From a virus (taxonomy: Duplodnaviria > Caudoviricetes), in the IMG/VR virus record IMGVR_UViG_3300030095_004454, positions 1 to 37,298 of that record: a DNA stretch of 37,298 bases; one strand, given 5' to 3'. A program made the position numbers and the translations under genes. Shown here piece after piece: positions 8,631 through 18,900 of this stretch. Below the pieces are notes generated by a model that made no database searches, was not told the origin of the DNA, and saw nothing but the letters and a program-made list of their open reading frames with translations. How positions within the stretch are numbered: the first letter of the stretch is position 1; every line of letters starts with the position of its first letter.

Positions 8631-9581
8631 ATGTATGGATTATATCAAAAACCTTCTGGAGTTTATTATTATTCAAAAGGAAGTGGGAAAAATCGTATAA
8701 GAAAATCTTGTCAAACTAAAGAAAAAAGAATTGCTAAAAAAAGAGCTAAAGAGTTTGATGAACTATATTGGAATTCAAAGGGTGTAATTAGAACAAAACT
8801 TAGCGTCTTAATAAAAGAGTATAAGGCGACAGTAGAACATTTAAAAGATGCTCGAGCTAATAAGCGTCATGTTGATAACTTTTTTAAGTGGCTTAAATCT
8901 GACCCAGATATAGATGAATTAAGACCAAGTGTATTTGACGACTATAAAAATTATCTGTTAACTGAGCTTAAACCAAAGGTCAACACCCCAAAGACAGCTC
9001 GTAATAAATTAATGGTATTAAATACGATGATGGATTATGCATACCATACAAAAGAGTATATAAATAGGAATCCGGTTAAAGGTATCAAGATGCCGTCAAA
9101 AAACGCAACAAACCCCAGAAGGCCAGTTCCTATTGAGGACATTAAAAAAGCGATAGCTGTAACCAATAATAGAAAAGATAAAATACTCTGGAGTTTATTA
9201 CTTTATACAAGTCTTCGGGTAAATCAAGCTAGTAACCTTACACCTAATCAAGTTAAGCAAGGTATTATTCAAGCAAAAAGCAACATACCTAAACCAATAC
9301 CCCTTCCAGACCACATACTCGCATTTGGCGATGAAATATATAACATATATCCAAATTCAAATTACTATGGTGATAGTAGAAAAAGGTATCAAAAGATCAT
9401 GAAAAGTTTTGGTTATGATACTGACTTCCATTCAATCCGACATAGTGTTACTACTCACTTAGCTAAATCTGGTATGAGCGAGGCCGATATAAAGAACATC
9501 ACCGGCCATGATTCTAAAGCCGTTAAGACCTATATACACATGGGTACTGATGATTTTGCTAACCTCATTGATAAAATATAG
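8631..9581 (+). CDS. int: tyrosine integrase
   Basis: TSLR, HSIRH, TGH, Y catalytic residues; N-terminal arm-binding-like region; GGAGG RBS. Confidence 0.92.
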   Translation: MYGLYQKPSGVYYYSKGSGKNRIRKSCQTKEKRIAKKRAKEFDELYWNSKGVIRTKLSVLIKEYKATVEHLKDARANKRHVDNFFKWLKSDPDIDELRPSVFDDYKNYLLTELKPKVNTPKTARNKLMVLNTMMDYAYHTKEYINRNPVKGIKMPSKNATNPRRPVPIEDIKKAIAVTNNRKDKILWSLLLYTSLRVNQASNLTPNQVKQGIIQAKSNIPKPIPLPDHILAFGDEIYNIYPNSNYYGDSRKRYQKIMKSFGYDTDFHSIRHSVTTHLAKSGMSEADIKNITGHDSKAVKTYIHMGTDDFANLIDKI

Positions 9582-9760
9582 GGTGACACATTTAAGGGGT
9601 GACAGAATGGTGACACATTATGCACCCAAATAGCATAGAATGAACTACAATGACAGTCTCGTTTTAGAGGGAAAACAAGTAAAAGCCTCGTGGAGAGAGA
9701 GGGATTCGAACCCTTAATGCTCCCTCAGTAAATAATTAAAAGTGACAGATAGGTGACACT
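9581..9760. mobile_element. attP with tRNA-Ser 3'-end core and arm-type repeats
   Basis: Core 9692-9714 reads AGGGTTCGAATCCCTCTCTCTCC on - strand; GTGACA at 9583, 9599, 9610, 9742, 9753. Confidence 0.85.
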
Positions 9761-9769
9761 AGTTGCGTC

Positions 9770-9830
9770 CTAATAATAAAAAAACCCTCAATAAATGGAG
9801 GTTACCAAATTTCGAGGGTTTTATTATTAG
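9770..9830. terminator. bidirectional terminator-like hairpin with anti-RBS loop on - strand
   Basis: CTAATAATAAAA(AAA)CCCTC / GAGGGTTTTATTATTAG arms; 24-nt loop. Confidence 0.75.
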
Positions 9831-9881
9831 CATTACTGCTATTCTCAACCCTTTAATATAAGTTAAACTACGGCATAAGAA

Positions 9882-10277
9882 CTAATCAATTCTTTCTATA
9901 TGAACTAAATCCATAAAGGTTTGATCGGTGATATTTCCATCGCTATCCCAATCAGCTCCAGACCTAATTTTTATATCCATCATGTGAGCAATGCCTCTTA
10001 ACATACCAGCCATATAATAGTGACGCTTTATACCCATTTTAGATTTCATATCAATCGGGTAGGGCGATAGATCAAGTGCATCGCCAGTAAGATGCTTTGA
10101 CTTCATTGTTTTAGATGCACCGGTCTTTACATAGTCTCTTTGTTTTTCGATAGAACGTACACCTTCAATAATGGATATATCCATTAAATGAAGACATTCC
10201 TCTACTACCTTAACTAAATCGGGATGAACACCCTTGAGTCTTCTTCGAGAGCGTTTCCCAAATTTGTACTTAGCCAC
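9882..10277 (-). CDS. endolysin, M15 family peptidase
   Basis: LKGVHPDL, EGVRS, SKH..GDALD, DLVHIE. Confidence 0.9.
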   Translation of the reverse strand: MAKYKFGKRSRRRLKGVHPDLVKVVEECLHLMDISIIEGVRSIEKQRDYVKTGASKTMKSKHLTGDALDLSPYPIDMKSKMGIKRHYYMAGMLRGIAHMMDIKIRSGADWDSDGNITDQTFMDLVHIERID

Positions 10278-10474
10278 TATTTAGAAATCTTAGCTTTTAA
10301 CTTAGATTTTTTCTTTGGTGAGTAGTTTTCTATAAAGTCTTTAATGTCTGCAACCATAGCATCATCTTTCTTACTTGTAGTTGTTCTAGCAACAAACTCT
10401 AAAACTCTTACAATATATCCAGTAACACCATATCTGCGAACTTGTCTTCTAACATATCCAGATACCCAACTCAT
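10277..10474 (-). CDS. small lysis-cassette protein (holin-like)
   Basis: TTSKKDD motif, basic tail, adjacent to lysin. Confidence 0.55.
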   Translation of the reverse strand: MSWVSGYVRRQVRRYGVTGYIVRVLEFVARTTTSKKDDAMVADIKDFIENYSPKKKSKLKAKISK

Positions 10475-10641
10475 GCTTCTTTTCCCTTCCCGACTAAGCG
10501 ACTAATTCCTTGCCATAGTACATCAACTATTATATCGTCTTTTTCAGAGGGTGACATTTTTACTGCCTTCTCTGCGACCATAAATGCTAATAGTACCCAT
10601 TGCCAGTTACTAGACATCCAATCGATTATTTGATTTTCCAT
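10471..10641 (-). CDS. 56-aa holin-like membrane protein (not in ORF track)
   Basis: MENQIIDWMSSNWQWVLLAFMVAEKAVKMSPSEKDD...; coupled at both ends. Confidence 0.7.
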   Translation of the reverse strand: MENQIIDWMSSNWQWVLLAFMVAEKAVKMSPSEKDDIIVDVLWQGISRLVGKGKEA

Positions 10642-10865
10642 TATATAAACCTCATTATTATTGTTACAATTAGCGGAACTATAAAAACGGCTATTGATCC
10701 AAACATCTTTATTTGAGTAATAGTGGTTTCATGTGTCGCTACTTTACTATTCAATACTTCTAAATGCTTATCAATTCTTTGGAGAGCAATAAAAATACTA
10801 TTTTGTCGTTCATCTAATTTTACTAAACGAGCCGTAACCTCATTTCGATAATCTTCTACATTCAT
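10641..10865 (-). CDS. coiled-coil plus C-terminal TM protein (XhlA-like)
   Basis: Heptad N-terminus, hydrophobic C-terminus. Confidence 0.6.
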   Translation of the reverse strand: MNVEDYRNEVTARLVKLDERQNSIFIALQRIDKHLEVLNSKVATHETTITQIKMFGSIAVFIVPLIVTIIMRFI

Positions 10866-10969
10866 TTTTTATTTAATATGCGTTTTTTCTTTTTACAGTC
10901 ATCGCAAATGCCATTCATCGGTTGAGGAACTGGCTTTGCACAATAGATACATTGAAATGGCATTGGCAT
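10862..10969 (-). CDS. 35-aa zinc-finger microprotein (not in ORF track)
   Basis: MPMPFQCIYCAKPVPQPMNGICDDCKKKKRILNKK; TAATG and ATGA overlaps. Confidence 0.6.
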   Translation of the reverse strand: MPMPFQCIYCAKPVPQPMNGICDDCKKKKRILNKK

Positions 10970-11235
10970 TATTTTTTCCTCATAGTCATATCAATATAAA
11001 CTTTTAAATCAGACTTAATCTCTGCGTTCCATTTTTTTACTTTACCAAGCTCATCCATAATCTTATCTAACCGATGCTGTAGGTTCTCATGTTTCTCGTC
11101 AAATCTATTTAAAGTGTCTTCTACTTTTTCTTTTAAAATAAATCTTACTACACTATATAAGGCAAAGGCCAATCCAACACTAATAGCGACTGGAAATCCT
11201 AGCTCTTGTATTAATGTTATAATATCAGAGGTCAT
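10969..11235 (-). CDS. holin-like membrane protein (YvrJ-like)
   Basis: IQELGFPVA TM start, coiled-coil tail. Confidence 0.6.
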   Translation of the reverse strand: MTSDIITLIQELGFPVAISVGLAFALYSVVRFILKEKVEDTLNRFDEKHENLQHRLDKIMDELGKVKKWNAEIKSDLKVYIDMTMRKK

Positions 11236-11526
11236 TTACTTCCTACTTAACATACCTTTTACTTCTTTTAAATCATCACTTACATCATGTATTTCAGAAA
11301 TCAATCTATCCTCAACTCTAGCCCATTTATCCAAATTCTTGATCTGAATATTTTGCAAGTTAGAAATAATGGTACTCTGTTGCTCCAGTTCTACGGCTAA
11401 ATTCTGTAATTGTTCTTGTTGTCTGGACGCTATTTTCCCAGACTGTATTACTTGGTACACTACAATCATTGCTATTATACCGCCAAACCCAGCTTGGAGA
11501 TAATAATTTAAAACAGCTTCTTCCAA
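11236..11526 (-). CDS. holin-like protein (N-terminal TM plus coiled coil)
   Basis: AGFGGIIAMIVVY TM; BhlA-like topology. Confidence 0.5.
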   Translation of the reverse strand: MEEAVLNYYLQAGFGGIIAMIVVYQVIQSGKIASRQQEQLQNLAVELEQQSTIISNLQNIQIKNLDKWARVEDRLISEIHDVSDDLKEVKGMLSRK

Positions 11527-11530
11527 AGAT

Positions 11531-11854
11531 TTATAATGCCTTTAAGTCTTTTTCTAGTTCTTCGCAGTCAGCTAAATCATTCTGCAAATCTGATATTTGC
11601 TCTTTAAGATATATAATTTCTTGAGCAATCTGAGACAAAGTTTTTTCTTGGGTAGAATCATCTAATGCTTTCCCAGTAGATGGGTCATATTGCTTTTTAA
11701 TTATCTGCAATTCTTCATGTGACTGTTCAGCAACTGCTTCTCTTACTACTTTTCCATCATCATCTTTAACTTCTGTAATAGCTGGAATATCGACAACTTT
11801 AACTTTTGCCACAGAAACACTTTTAGCAATTTTTAATGCTTTATAGTTTTTCAT
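11531..11854 (-). CDS. hypothetical tail-fibre-associated protein
   Basis: Directly after fibre gene; coiled-coil C-terminus. Confidence 0.6.
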   Translation of the reverse strand: MKNYKALKIAKSVSVAKVKVVDIPAITEVKDDDGKVVREAVAEQSHEELQIIKKQYDPSTGKALDDSTQEKTLSQIAQEIIYLKEQISDLQNDLADCEELEKDLKAL

Positions 11855-11855
11855 T

Positions 11856-14606
11856 CTATTTTTCCTTTAATTGTTTTTCTAGCTCATCAATTTTGGTACT
11901 GAGCTGTTGTACCGCCTTTACTAATGGTGTAATTAATTCTGTCACACCTAAACCTTGCATACCATCTTCACTTTCTGTCCATGCAGTAAAGTCAGAATGA
12001 TTTGCTTTATCCATTGCCTCTTTTACTTCTTGTGCAATAAATCCATATAATTTTTTATCGTTAGCTTTAGTTTTGTTTTCGTTATAATCATTAAATGTTT
12101 TTGGATATTCACTTTTTGATTTCTTTTTGTAAGTAACTGGTCTTAAATCGTTGATAAATAAAAGACCTAAGTCTAAATCTTTTATATCTTTTTTAATTCT
12201 TTCATCTGATACTTGTTGCCAAGTAGCATTGCTACTAAAATCACACCAGATATAACCATTTACACTACCAGTAGTTATTGTATCATTTCCTTTTCCAATA
12301 AGTAAATCATTATGTTCTCCAGCACCAAAAACCAATTCATTTGTAATGTCTACTGCTGATGATTTTGTATAAGCACCTACATAAACACTGTCCTCTCCAG
12401 TTGTCATTGTCGAATTAGCATTCATACCTATACTAGTATTATTTGTCCCCGTTGTCATTACATCAGCTGAATTATACCCAATAGCTACATTATTGTCTCC
12501 AGTAGTCATTGCAAGTAAACTTTCATGCCCTACCGCAACATTTTTAAGTCCTTCTGTAATTGCATATAAACTTTTATAACCTACTCCAACATTAGAGCCA
12601 CCAGTAGTAATTGACCTTAAACTCTGATAACCAACACCAACATTATATGAGTAGTTACTAGCACTGGTTCCAACCAAACTTTCATAGCCAAATGCTGTAT
12701 TATATTGTCCAGCTTCATTGTTGTATAAGCTAGTTGTACCTAATGATGTATTAGCTGAACCAGTAGTATTTCTAAATTGAGAATAAGCACCTATTGCCAC
12801 ATTATAATTTGAAGTTGTCATTGACTTTAAGGTATCAAATCCTAATGCCGTATTATGTAATGCACCATTTAAAGCTCCCAACATAGAATTAGCACCGATA
12901 CCAACATTTCCATCACTAACAGCCGTTACCCAAGTACCGCCCCCAGCACTATCTCCTATAAAAATATTTTGAGTACCACCGATAGTACCAGTTCCATCCA
13001 TTGCTAATGAACCTATAGCAATACATTTAACTAATGCTCCAGTTCCACCCTGACCAGATGAATTACCCACAAAAACATTATGGTCTGCATTTGAATTATT
13101 AATATATCTTCCTGCATCGTCTCCAATAACAACATTATTATTTTCACCACTATCAGCAGTATATAATGCTCTTCTTCCAATAGCGATATTATGTGAGTTG
13201 TCAGTTAGTTTATATCCAGCAGAAAAACCTATGGCTATATTGTAACTACCACTAACGATATGATACATTGAATCATAACCAACAGACACATTTTGTTGTG
13301 GCGTAGCATCATCCCCAGCGTAAAGTCCATACATAGCAGTAGTACCAACCGCTGTATTTGCTGAACCAAGTTCATTGTGATATAAAGCATTTGCACCTAC
13401 TGAAACATTCATAAGATTACTTCCGTTTTCAGTATAACCAGCTCTATAGCCAATTGCTGTACTATATCCGTTATTTGTACCGAGCTTCATTGCTTCATAA
13501 CCCAAAATGGTATTATGTCCACCAGTCGTTATAGCATTTCCTGATTTAAAACCAAGAGATAAATTGTTAGTACCAGTCGTAATTGCCATTAATGAAGCAT
13601 ATCCAACAGAAGTATTATTACTATGTGAATTACCACTTGCACCACCTTGAGAATCTCTACCAATAGCAACATTAAAGTTACCAGTTGCATTATGATATAA
13701 AGCTGAATTACCAATAGCAGTATTAGACCCCCCAGTTGTGATGCTATAATGAGCATTAGAACCCACCGCAACATTATAACTTCCCGAAGTGAGACTTCTT
13801 GAAGAGTTAGTTCCTATACTAACATTAAAATCACCACCATTTAATCCTTGATTAGCGACATCCCAACCCATTAAAACATTATAATTTGAACCCGATGCTA
13901 AATTGTTTCCAGTTCCATACCCATAAATTGTATTACCAGTTCCATTGTCATTATTAGCTAAACTAATTTTAGAATTGTTATCAAGAATCATTCTATCTGT
14001 TGTTCCACCAGTTTGAAATCTTAATTTTTTGCCACTAGCAGATTGAAGTTCTATAGAGTTAGTGCTATTATTAAATTGTAAATACCCTTTACTTCCTTGA
14101 GAGCCATCATTTCCATTAAAGTCTAATTTTAATCTTGCACTTGAATTACCACTCGTACTTTTCATTGATAAAGTATGACCAGTAGATGCTGAAGATTCTA
14201 ATTCTAACAAACTATCGGGAGAATCTGTACCGATACCAATGCCAGTATTTGTAATCCTCATTCTTTCGGCATTATTTGTATATATTGCTATTGGGTCATC
14301 TGTTAATGTACCCATTTGATAAACAGAAGTAGCTGGTATGTGAAAAACTGTAGTATTGCCAGTATTAACTAATTTAAGACCCGAACCACCAGTAACCTCT
14401 AAGGCAACTGATGGAGAACTTGTTCCGATACCAACCGACCCAGCCGTATAATATGCATCAGAACCACTAATTGAGAAAGCACTACTATCAGTACCCCATT
14501 CTACTCCAGTACCATTAGCAGAGACTTTAAGCACCTTCCCCGAAGCTGGGGAAGATGCTATGTCAGTAGCTGAAAGACCTTCTGTTAAGACTTTTTTCCA
14601 GCTCAT
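11856..14606 (-). CDS. tail fibre/spike with 14-residue beta-roll repeats and peptidase S74 chaperone domain
   Basis: GIGTxSP motifs, many NxAxG repeats, SDERIKKDI...GFIAQEV. Confidence 0.88.
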   Translation of the reverse strand: MSWKKVLTEGLSATDIASSPASGKVLKVSANGTGVEWGTDSSAFSISGSDAYYTAGSVGIGTSSPSVALEVTGGSGLKLVNTGNTTVFHIPATSVYQMGTLTDDPIAIYTNNAERMRITNTGIGIGTDSPDSLLELESSASTGHTLSMKSTSGNSSARLKLDFNGNDGSQGSKGYLQFNNSTNSIELQSASGKKLRFQTGGTTDRMILDNNSKISLANNDNGTGNTIYGYGTGNNLASGSNYNVLMGWDVANQGLNGGDFNVSIGTNSSRSLTSGSYNVAVGSNAHYSITTGGSNTAIGNSALYHNATGNFNVAIGRDSQGGASGNSHSNNTSVGYASLMAITTGTNNLSLGFKSGNAITTGGHNTILGYEAMKLGTNNGYSTAIGYRAGYTENGSNLMNVSVGANALYHNELGSANTAVGTTAMYGLYAGDDATPQQNVSVGYDSMYHIVSGSYNIAIGFSAGYKLTDNSHNIAIGRRALYTADSGENNNVVIGDDAGRYINNSNADHNVFVGNSSGQGGTGALVKCIAIGSLAMDGTGTIGGTQNIFIGDSAGGGTWVTAVSDGNVGIGANSMLGALNGALHNTALGFDTLKSMTTSNYNVAIGAYSQFRNTTGSANTSLGTTSLYNNEAGQYNTAFGYESLVGTSASNYSYNVGVGYQSLRSITTGGSNVGVGYKSLYAITEGLKNVAVGHESLLAMTTGDNNVAIGYNSADVMTTGTNNTSIGMNANSTMTTGEDSVYVGAYTKSSAVDITNELVFGAGEHNDLLIGKGNDTITTGSVNGYIWCDFSSNATWQQVSDERIKKDIKDLDLGLLFINDLRPVTYKKKSKSEYPKTFNDYNENKTKANDKKLYGFIAQEVKEAMDKANHSDFTAWTESEDGMQGLGVTELITPLVKAVQQLSTKIDELEKQLKEK

Positions 14607-14609
14607 TTT

Positions 14610-14810
14610 CTAAGCACTCACTTGCTCTGAATTCGCCTTACCAGACTTCTTATTGCTCTTGTCAGAAGATTTTATCATTGACTGATAACTTTCTCCTAGT
14701 TTTTCAAGAACACCTTGAGCAAATGCAGAATCCTTTGCTTGGATGCTTGTATTTGCTATAGCCTGAATTACGAACTCCATTTCTTGTTGAGTTAGCTTAT
14801 CCATATGCAT
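14610..14810 (-). CDS. hypothetical protein
   Basis: AAGGAG RBS, 66 aa. Confidence 0.65.
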   Translation of the reverse strand: MHMDKLTQQEMEFVIQAIANTSIQAKDSAFAQGVLEKLGESYQSMIKSSDKSNKKSGKANSEQVSA

Positions 14811-14828
14811 TCTCCTTATTTGTTATCA

Positions 14829-15917
14829 TTACGATTCCCATACTTTGAAACCGCCTATTGTACTATCAAACACAAGTTCACCGGGTGTGCCGGTGATCGA
14901 GTTTAGCTGTGTAGTTGTTTTGGATTTATATTTAACAGTGCCAGTGCTTTTAACTTCAAATGTTGTAGTACCAGCTTTATCTTTAACTTCTATTACACCA
15001 TCTTCAGTAACGGTAAAAACATCTGCATCATTACCACTATCATCAACGACAGTAGTTACTACTTGATTATCTGTATTATCTTTTTCGAATTTTATTTTTG
15101 GTGAATCATTGTCTGCGGATTTTATTGTACCAGATGCTGTTTTTAATTCATTACAAGTAATGTTTCCATCTGTAAAAATATCACCATCAGTTTGTATTGT
15201 AAGCCCAGTTGACCCATAACCACCCCCAAATTGAGATTCTCCATTTATCGTAAGTGTTCCATTTGCTTGAATATTCCCAGTAGAAGAAATCGTTACCCCA
15301 GTAGAGCCATAACCACCTCCAAGAGTTGCACTACCAGCAACTATAGCACTTTGAGTCTCAACATTATCTTGAGCAATAAGTTTAGTACCAGATTGAATAG
15401 TTCCCCCGGTAGTTATAGTACCATCTACAGTCTGATTTCCATTCATCAATAAATCACCATCAGACTGAAATGTCAATCCAGTATTTCCGTAGCCACCACC
15501 AACTTTGGTTTGACCAGCTATTGTAGCAGTACCATCTGTGGTAAGATTTCCATTCATTAGTAAATCACCATCAGACTGAATTGATAGCCCAGTACTACCA
15601 TATCCACCTCCAAAAGTAGAACCAACAGTCACCGCTAAAGAGTTACCACTTATTAAATCTGTAACTGTTAAATCGTCACCAACATTCAAATCACCAGTAA
15701 GTGTTGCATTAACACTATTTAATGTTCCAGCTATCTCTAATGTTTTACCACTTGGAATCTTTAATGTAGTTGTAGAAAGCTGTATAGCTGTTTCTACTCC
15801 CTCACCATCTCTTACTGTTTTTAAACTAGATTCAATGCCCTCATTTTGATCACCATCAAAGACAGTTAATAGATCTTTATAGGTGTTAGCAACTGACTTT
15901 CCGGATAAGGTAGACAT
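14829..15917 (-). CDS. tail fibre/shaft-like repeat protein
   Basis: Four GGGYG(S/N)TG repeats; G/T-rich. Confidence 0.65.
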   Translation of the reverse strand: MSTLSGKSVANTYKDLLTVFDGDQNEGIESSLKTVRDGEGVETAIQLSTTTLKIPSGKTLEIAGTLNSVNATLTGDLNVGDDLTVTDLISGNSLAVTVGSTFGGGYGSTGLSIQSDGDLLMNGNLTTDGTATIAGQTKVGGGYGNTGLTFQSDGDLLMNGNQTVDGTITTGGTIQSGTKLIAQDNVETQSAIVAGSATLGGGYGSTGVTISSTGNIQANGTLTINGESQFGGGYGSTGLTIQTDGDIFTDGNITCNELKTASGTIKSADNDSPKIKFEKDNTDNQVVTTVVDDSGNDADVFTVTEDGVIEVKDKAGTTTFEVKSTGTVKYKSKTTTQLNSITGTPGELVFDSTIGGFKVWES

Positions 15918-15956
15918 ACTATTAATTTCCCTCTTTATACATTATGAAAAAATTCA

Positions 15957-18900
15957 TTAGCGATTTTCCCTTCTATTTCTAGCCCTACTTCTTCTCGCTC
16001 TTTTCTTTCTCCCAGAACTTGAAACACTATCTTTCTTATCATTTCTTCTTCTAGCATACCCAAATGCCGACCAAGGAAGATTTTCTGGTACTTTACCTAA
16101 ATAAGAAGGCCACCAATGCAAAAACTTCCCAACAAAAGGGATATGCTTTGGAGTGCGTAACCCAAGTTTTCCAATGTCTTGTTTAACCGCACCCCATGTA
16201 TCTCTTAAATCTTTATTTTTATAATACGACTTCCCTATTTTATCTATATCTCTAAGAGGGTCATCTATAATATCTACTGGAGGCATTACTAATTTTATAA
16301 CGGCTTGAGATAATCCATCTTTTCTAAAGCTGTAAAAGTGATACCTTGATATACCTATTAATCTTAACAAGTTACTAATAACTCGATCCGATAGAGTTGA
16401 TTCCCTACCAGCCATAAAATCTTTAATCTCATCTGCTCCAGCTTCTGCTAACATTAAAATAAATCCTAAAGTTGCCAATCTTTGAGCCTTGCTCATCCTC
16501 ACCATTTTTGCTCTAGCCTTATTACCAGTAGCTTCGTAACTATCAGCTACCTCATCTAACATCCTCATCTCATCCTTAAATACATCAAATCTCTTTAATT
16601 GATATGTCTTAAGCATATAGAATATTCTACCATTTGAAGAAGCTAGGTAGCCTACCGGCATTTGTGATTTCGCTACTGGCTGAACTCCAAGTATCTCACT
16701 ATAAGCAAGTAATCTTATATTGTCCGTTTTTTCGCCAGACCTCAACTCTTCTAACACATCTTGAGTCTGCATAGATTCACCAAAAGCCTCTTCAAGCCTT
16801 ATCATTAGCTCACGATATTCCCTACTACCCTCTTTTCCTTTACGAGCAACTTTTCTATACTTATCAATAATACTATTCACAGTAGTTTCTTTACCTAATC
16901 TGTCAAATGCCTTTATACCAGTATATTTAAAAACTATTTCTAAAGCATTTTGTAGTGCGTTCTGATCTTGAAACTCTTTTCCTATACCCTCAATACCTAA
17001 GTCTTCAAGTGAAATCCAATTTTTATCTAACTTCTTAGCTTGAGTTAACGACTTTAGAAAATTCTTCATTGTTCTGAAACCACCGGCTCTCGCTGTAGAT
17101 ATACCTAAGTCACCAAGTTGAGTAACTGCCGAAAAGAAAGTACCCATCGTGTCTATGTAGCTAAGAGATTTATATCCTTTTAAGAATGGATTCATTTGGT
17201 CACGATTAAAATATGCTTTTAAAAGACTTTGCAATCTTTCTTCATTTTTACCATCTAATTGGTATTTGTTTTTCATGTTAATAACAAATCCCGGTATCAT
17301 ATCATCAAGAGCTAATATGGGCATACCAGCTAAACTTTGTTCTTTTATTCGTTCCTTTTCTAATTCTTTATAGGCTTGGTTCTTACTATATCCACCATCA
17401 TTTGTATATTTACCAATTTTATTATCCTTAACAAAATATCGATTCCCTTTTTTATGTACAGCATATCGCTTACTAGAACCCATTAAGAATTGTTTTGCCA
17501 TAGCAAGTTCACTTACATATCCGGCATATTGCATAAGAGATTGTTGAGGTAAAGCATAAAACTTTAACATCTCCGCATCTATCTTTTCAATTTTTCTCTT
17601 TTTAAAGTTACCTATACCTTCTTTTGATTGATGATGTCCATGTAGTACAGCGTTAGCTATGTGTGCTTTTTCTTCATAGGTTAAAGGTTCATTGCCCGGG
17701 CGAGAATTCTCTGCCTCTTTAAAAGCATCCGTAATCTGCACCCATCTCGAAGTCCCTCCATACTTACCTTCTAAATATTCAACTAATCCAGCGTGGTCAG
17801 CCACTAATCTCGGAAAATAATTCTCTAAATAACCAAGGTCATAACCAACAGATTTAGCTACATCGTATAATTGTTCTAATGCTTTTCTAGCTTGTCTAAA
17901 CTCTTCCATCATGCCATACTGCTTAAATAATCGAGTCGTTCTATAGAATTCTCCATTATTTAAAGCTAAAACAATAGTCATAAAATCTTTTCTTACTTGA
18001 GGGTCTTTAAAAGAACGCTTGTACAGATCGTCTAATTTCTTTGAAAACTCTATTGTTTGACCTTCAAACTTTTTAACAAGTTCTATTGTCTTAAACTCAA
18101 AATCCTTGAATTGTCTAGGTAAATCTTTGTGGATTCTTCTAACTTGACTGCTAAAGGTTGCTACAGTATCCCTTAATTGCTTTGGTCTATACTCCCTATT
18201 GTTCCACCAAGTTCTTATTTTTTCAAAAATAGTTCTTTGATTATCAAACTGATCTTCCACATTGTCATAACTAACTTCATTATCGTAAGCATTTTCTTCA
18301 GTTTTTCTATTTGATAAGCCAATATTATAAGATTCACTAAGTTCCGCAAAAAAAGTATCCATATCTTGAGAGTTTCTCCAGCTTAAATTCTTTTCTTTTC
18401 CGGATTCAATATCAAGTAATAATTGCTGTAATTGCTCATATATCCTCGCCCTACCAGTAGGTAAGGTCGGGTCTTCACCAAATAACGTACTTAAATCATT
18501 ATTTATCTGTTGTAGTATTACCTCCTGAGTATTCATATGCATTAATTCATTGTTATCATATAGAACCGATTGAACCACACCCTCCTTTATAATTTTATTA
18601 TACTTTGCAGACTTACTTCTGACATCTTTCCTTTCTTCTTTATTGTTTATACTAGCTAAATCATCTAAGTATCTTTGCTTACCCTCTTTTTGTCTTTGTT
18701 GTGAAGTTGTAAATCTATCACGAGAAACCCAGCGTAATATTTTTCCGCTCATTACCTCTTTGCCGGTTACTGCGTCAGTAAAAGAATAAAGCACCTTTCC
18801 ATTTCTTTCAGTTACTCCGGAAATCTTTGCTCTACCATTAGGATTTTTCTTTGTAGGATTTGATATACCTTCGATTACCATCCCTATAGGAAGTACTGAT

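Noticed and set aside
9692-9714. Complete tRNA gene
   Set aside because: Only T-arm and 3' acceptor strand; explained as attP core
11856-14606. Diversity-generating retroelement target
   Set aside because: No reverse transcriptase or template/variable repeat pair seen
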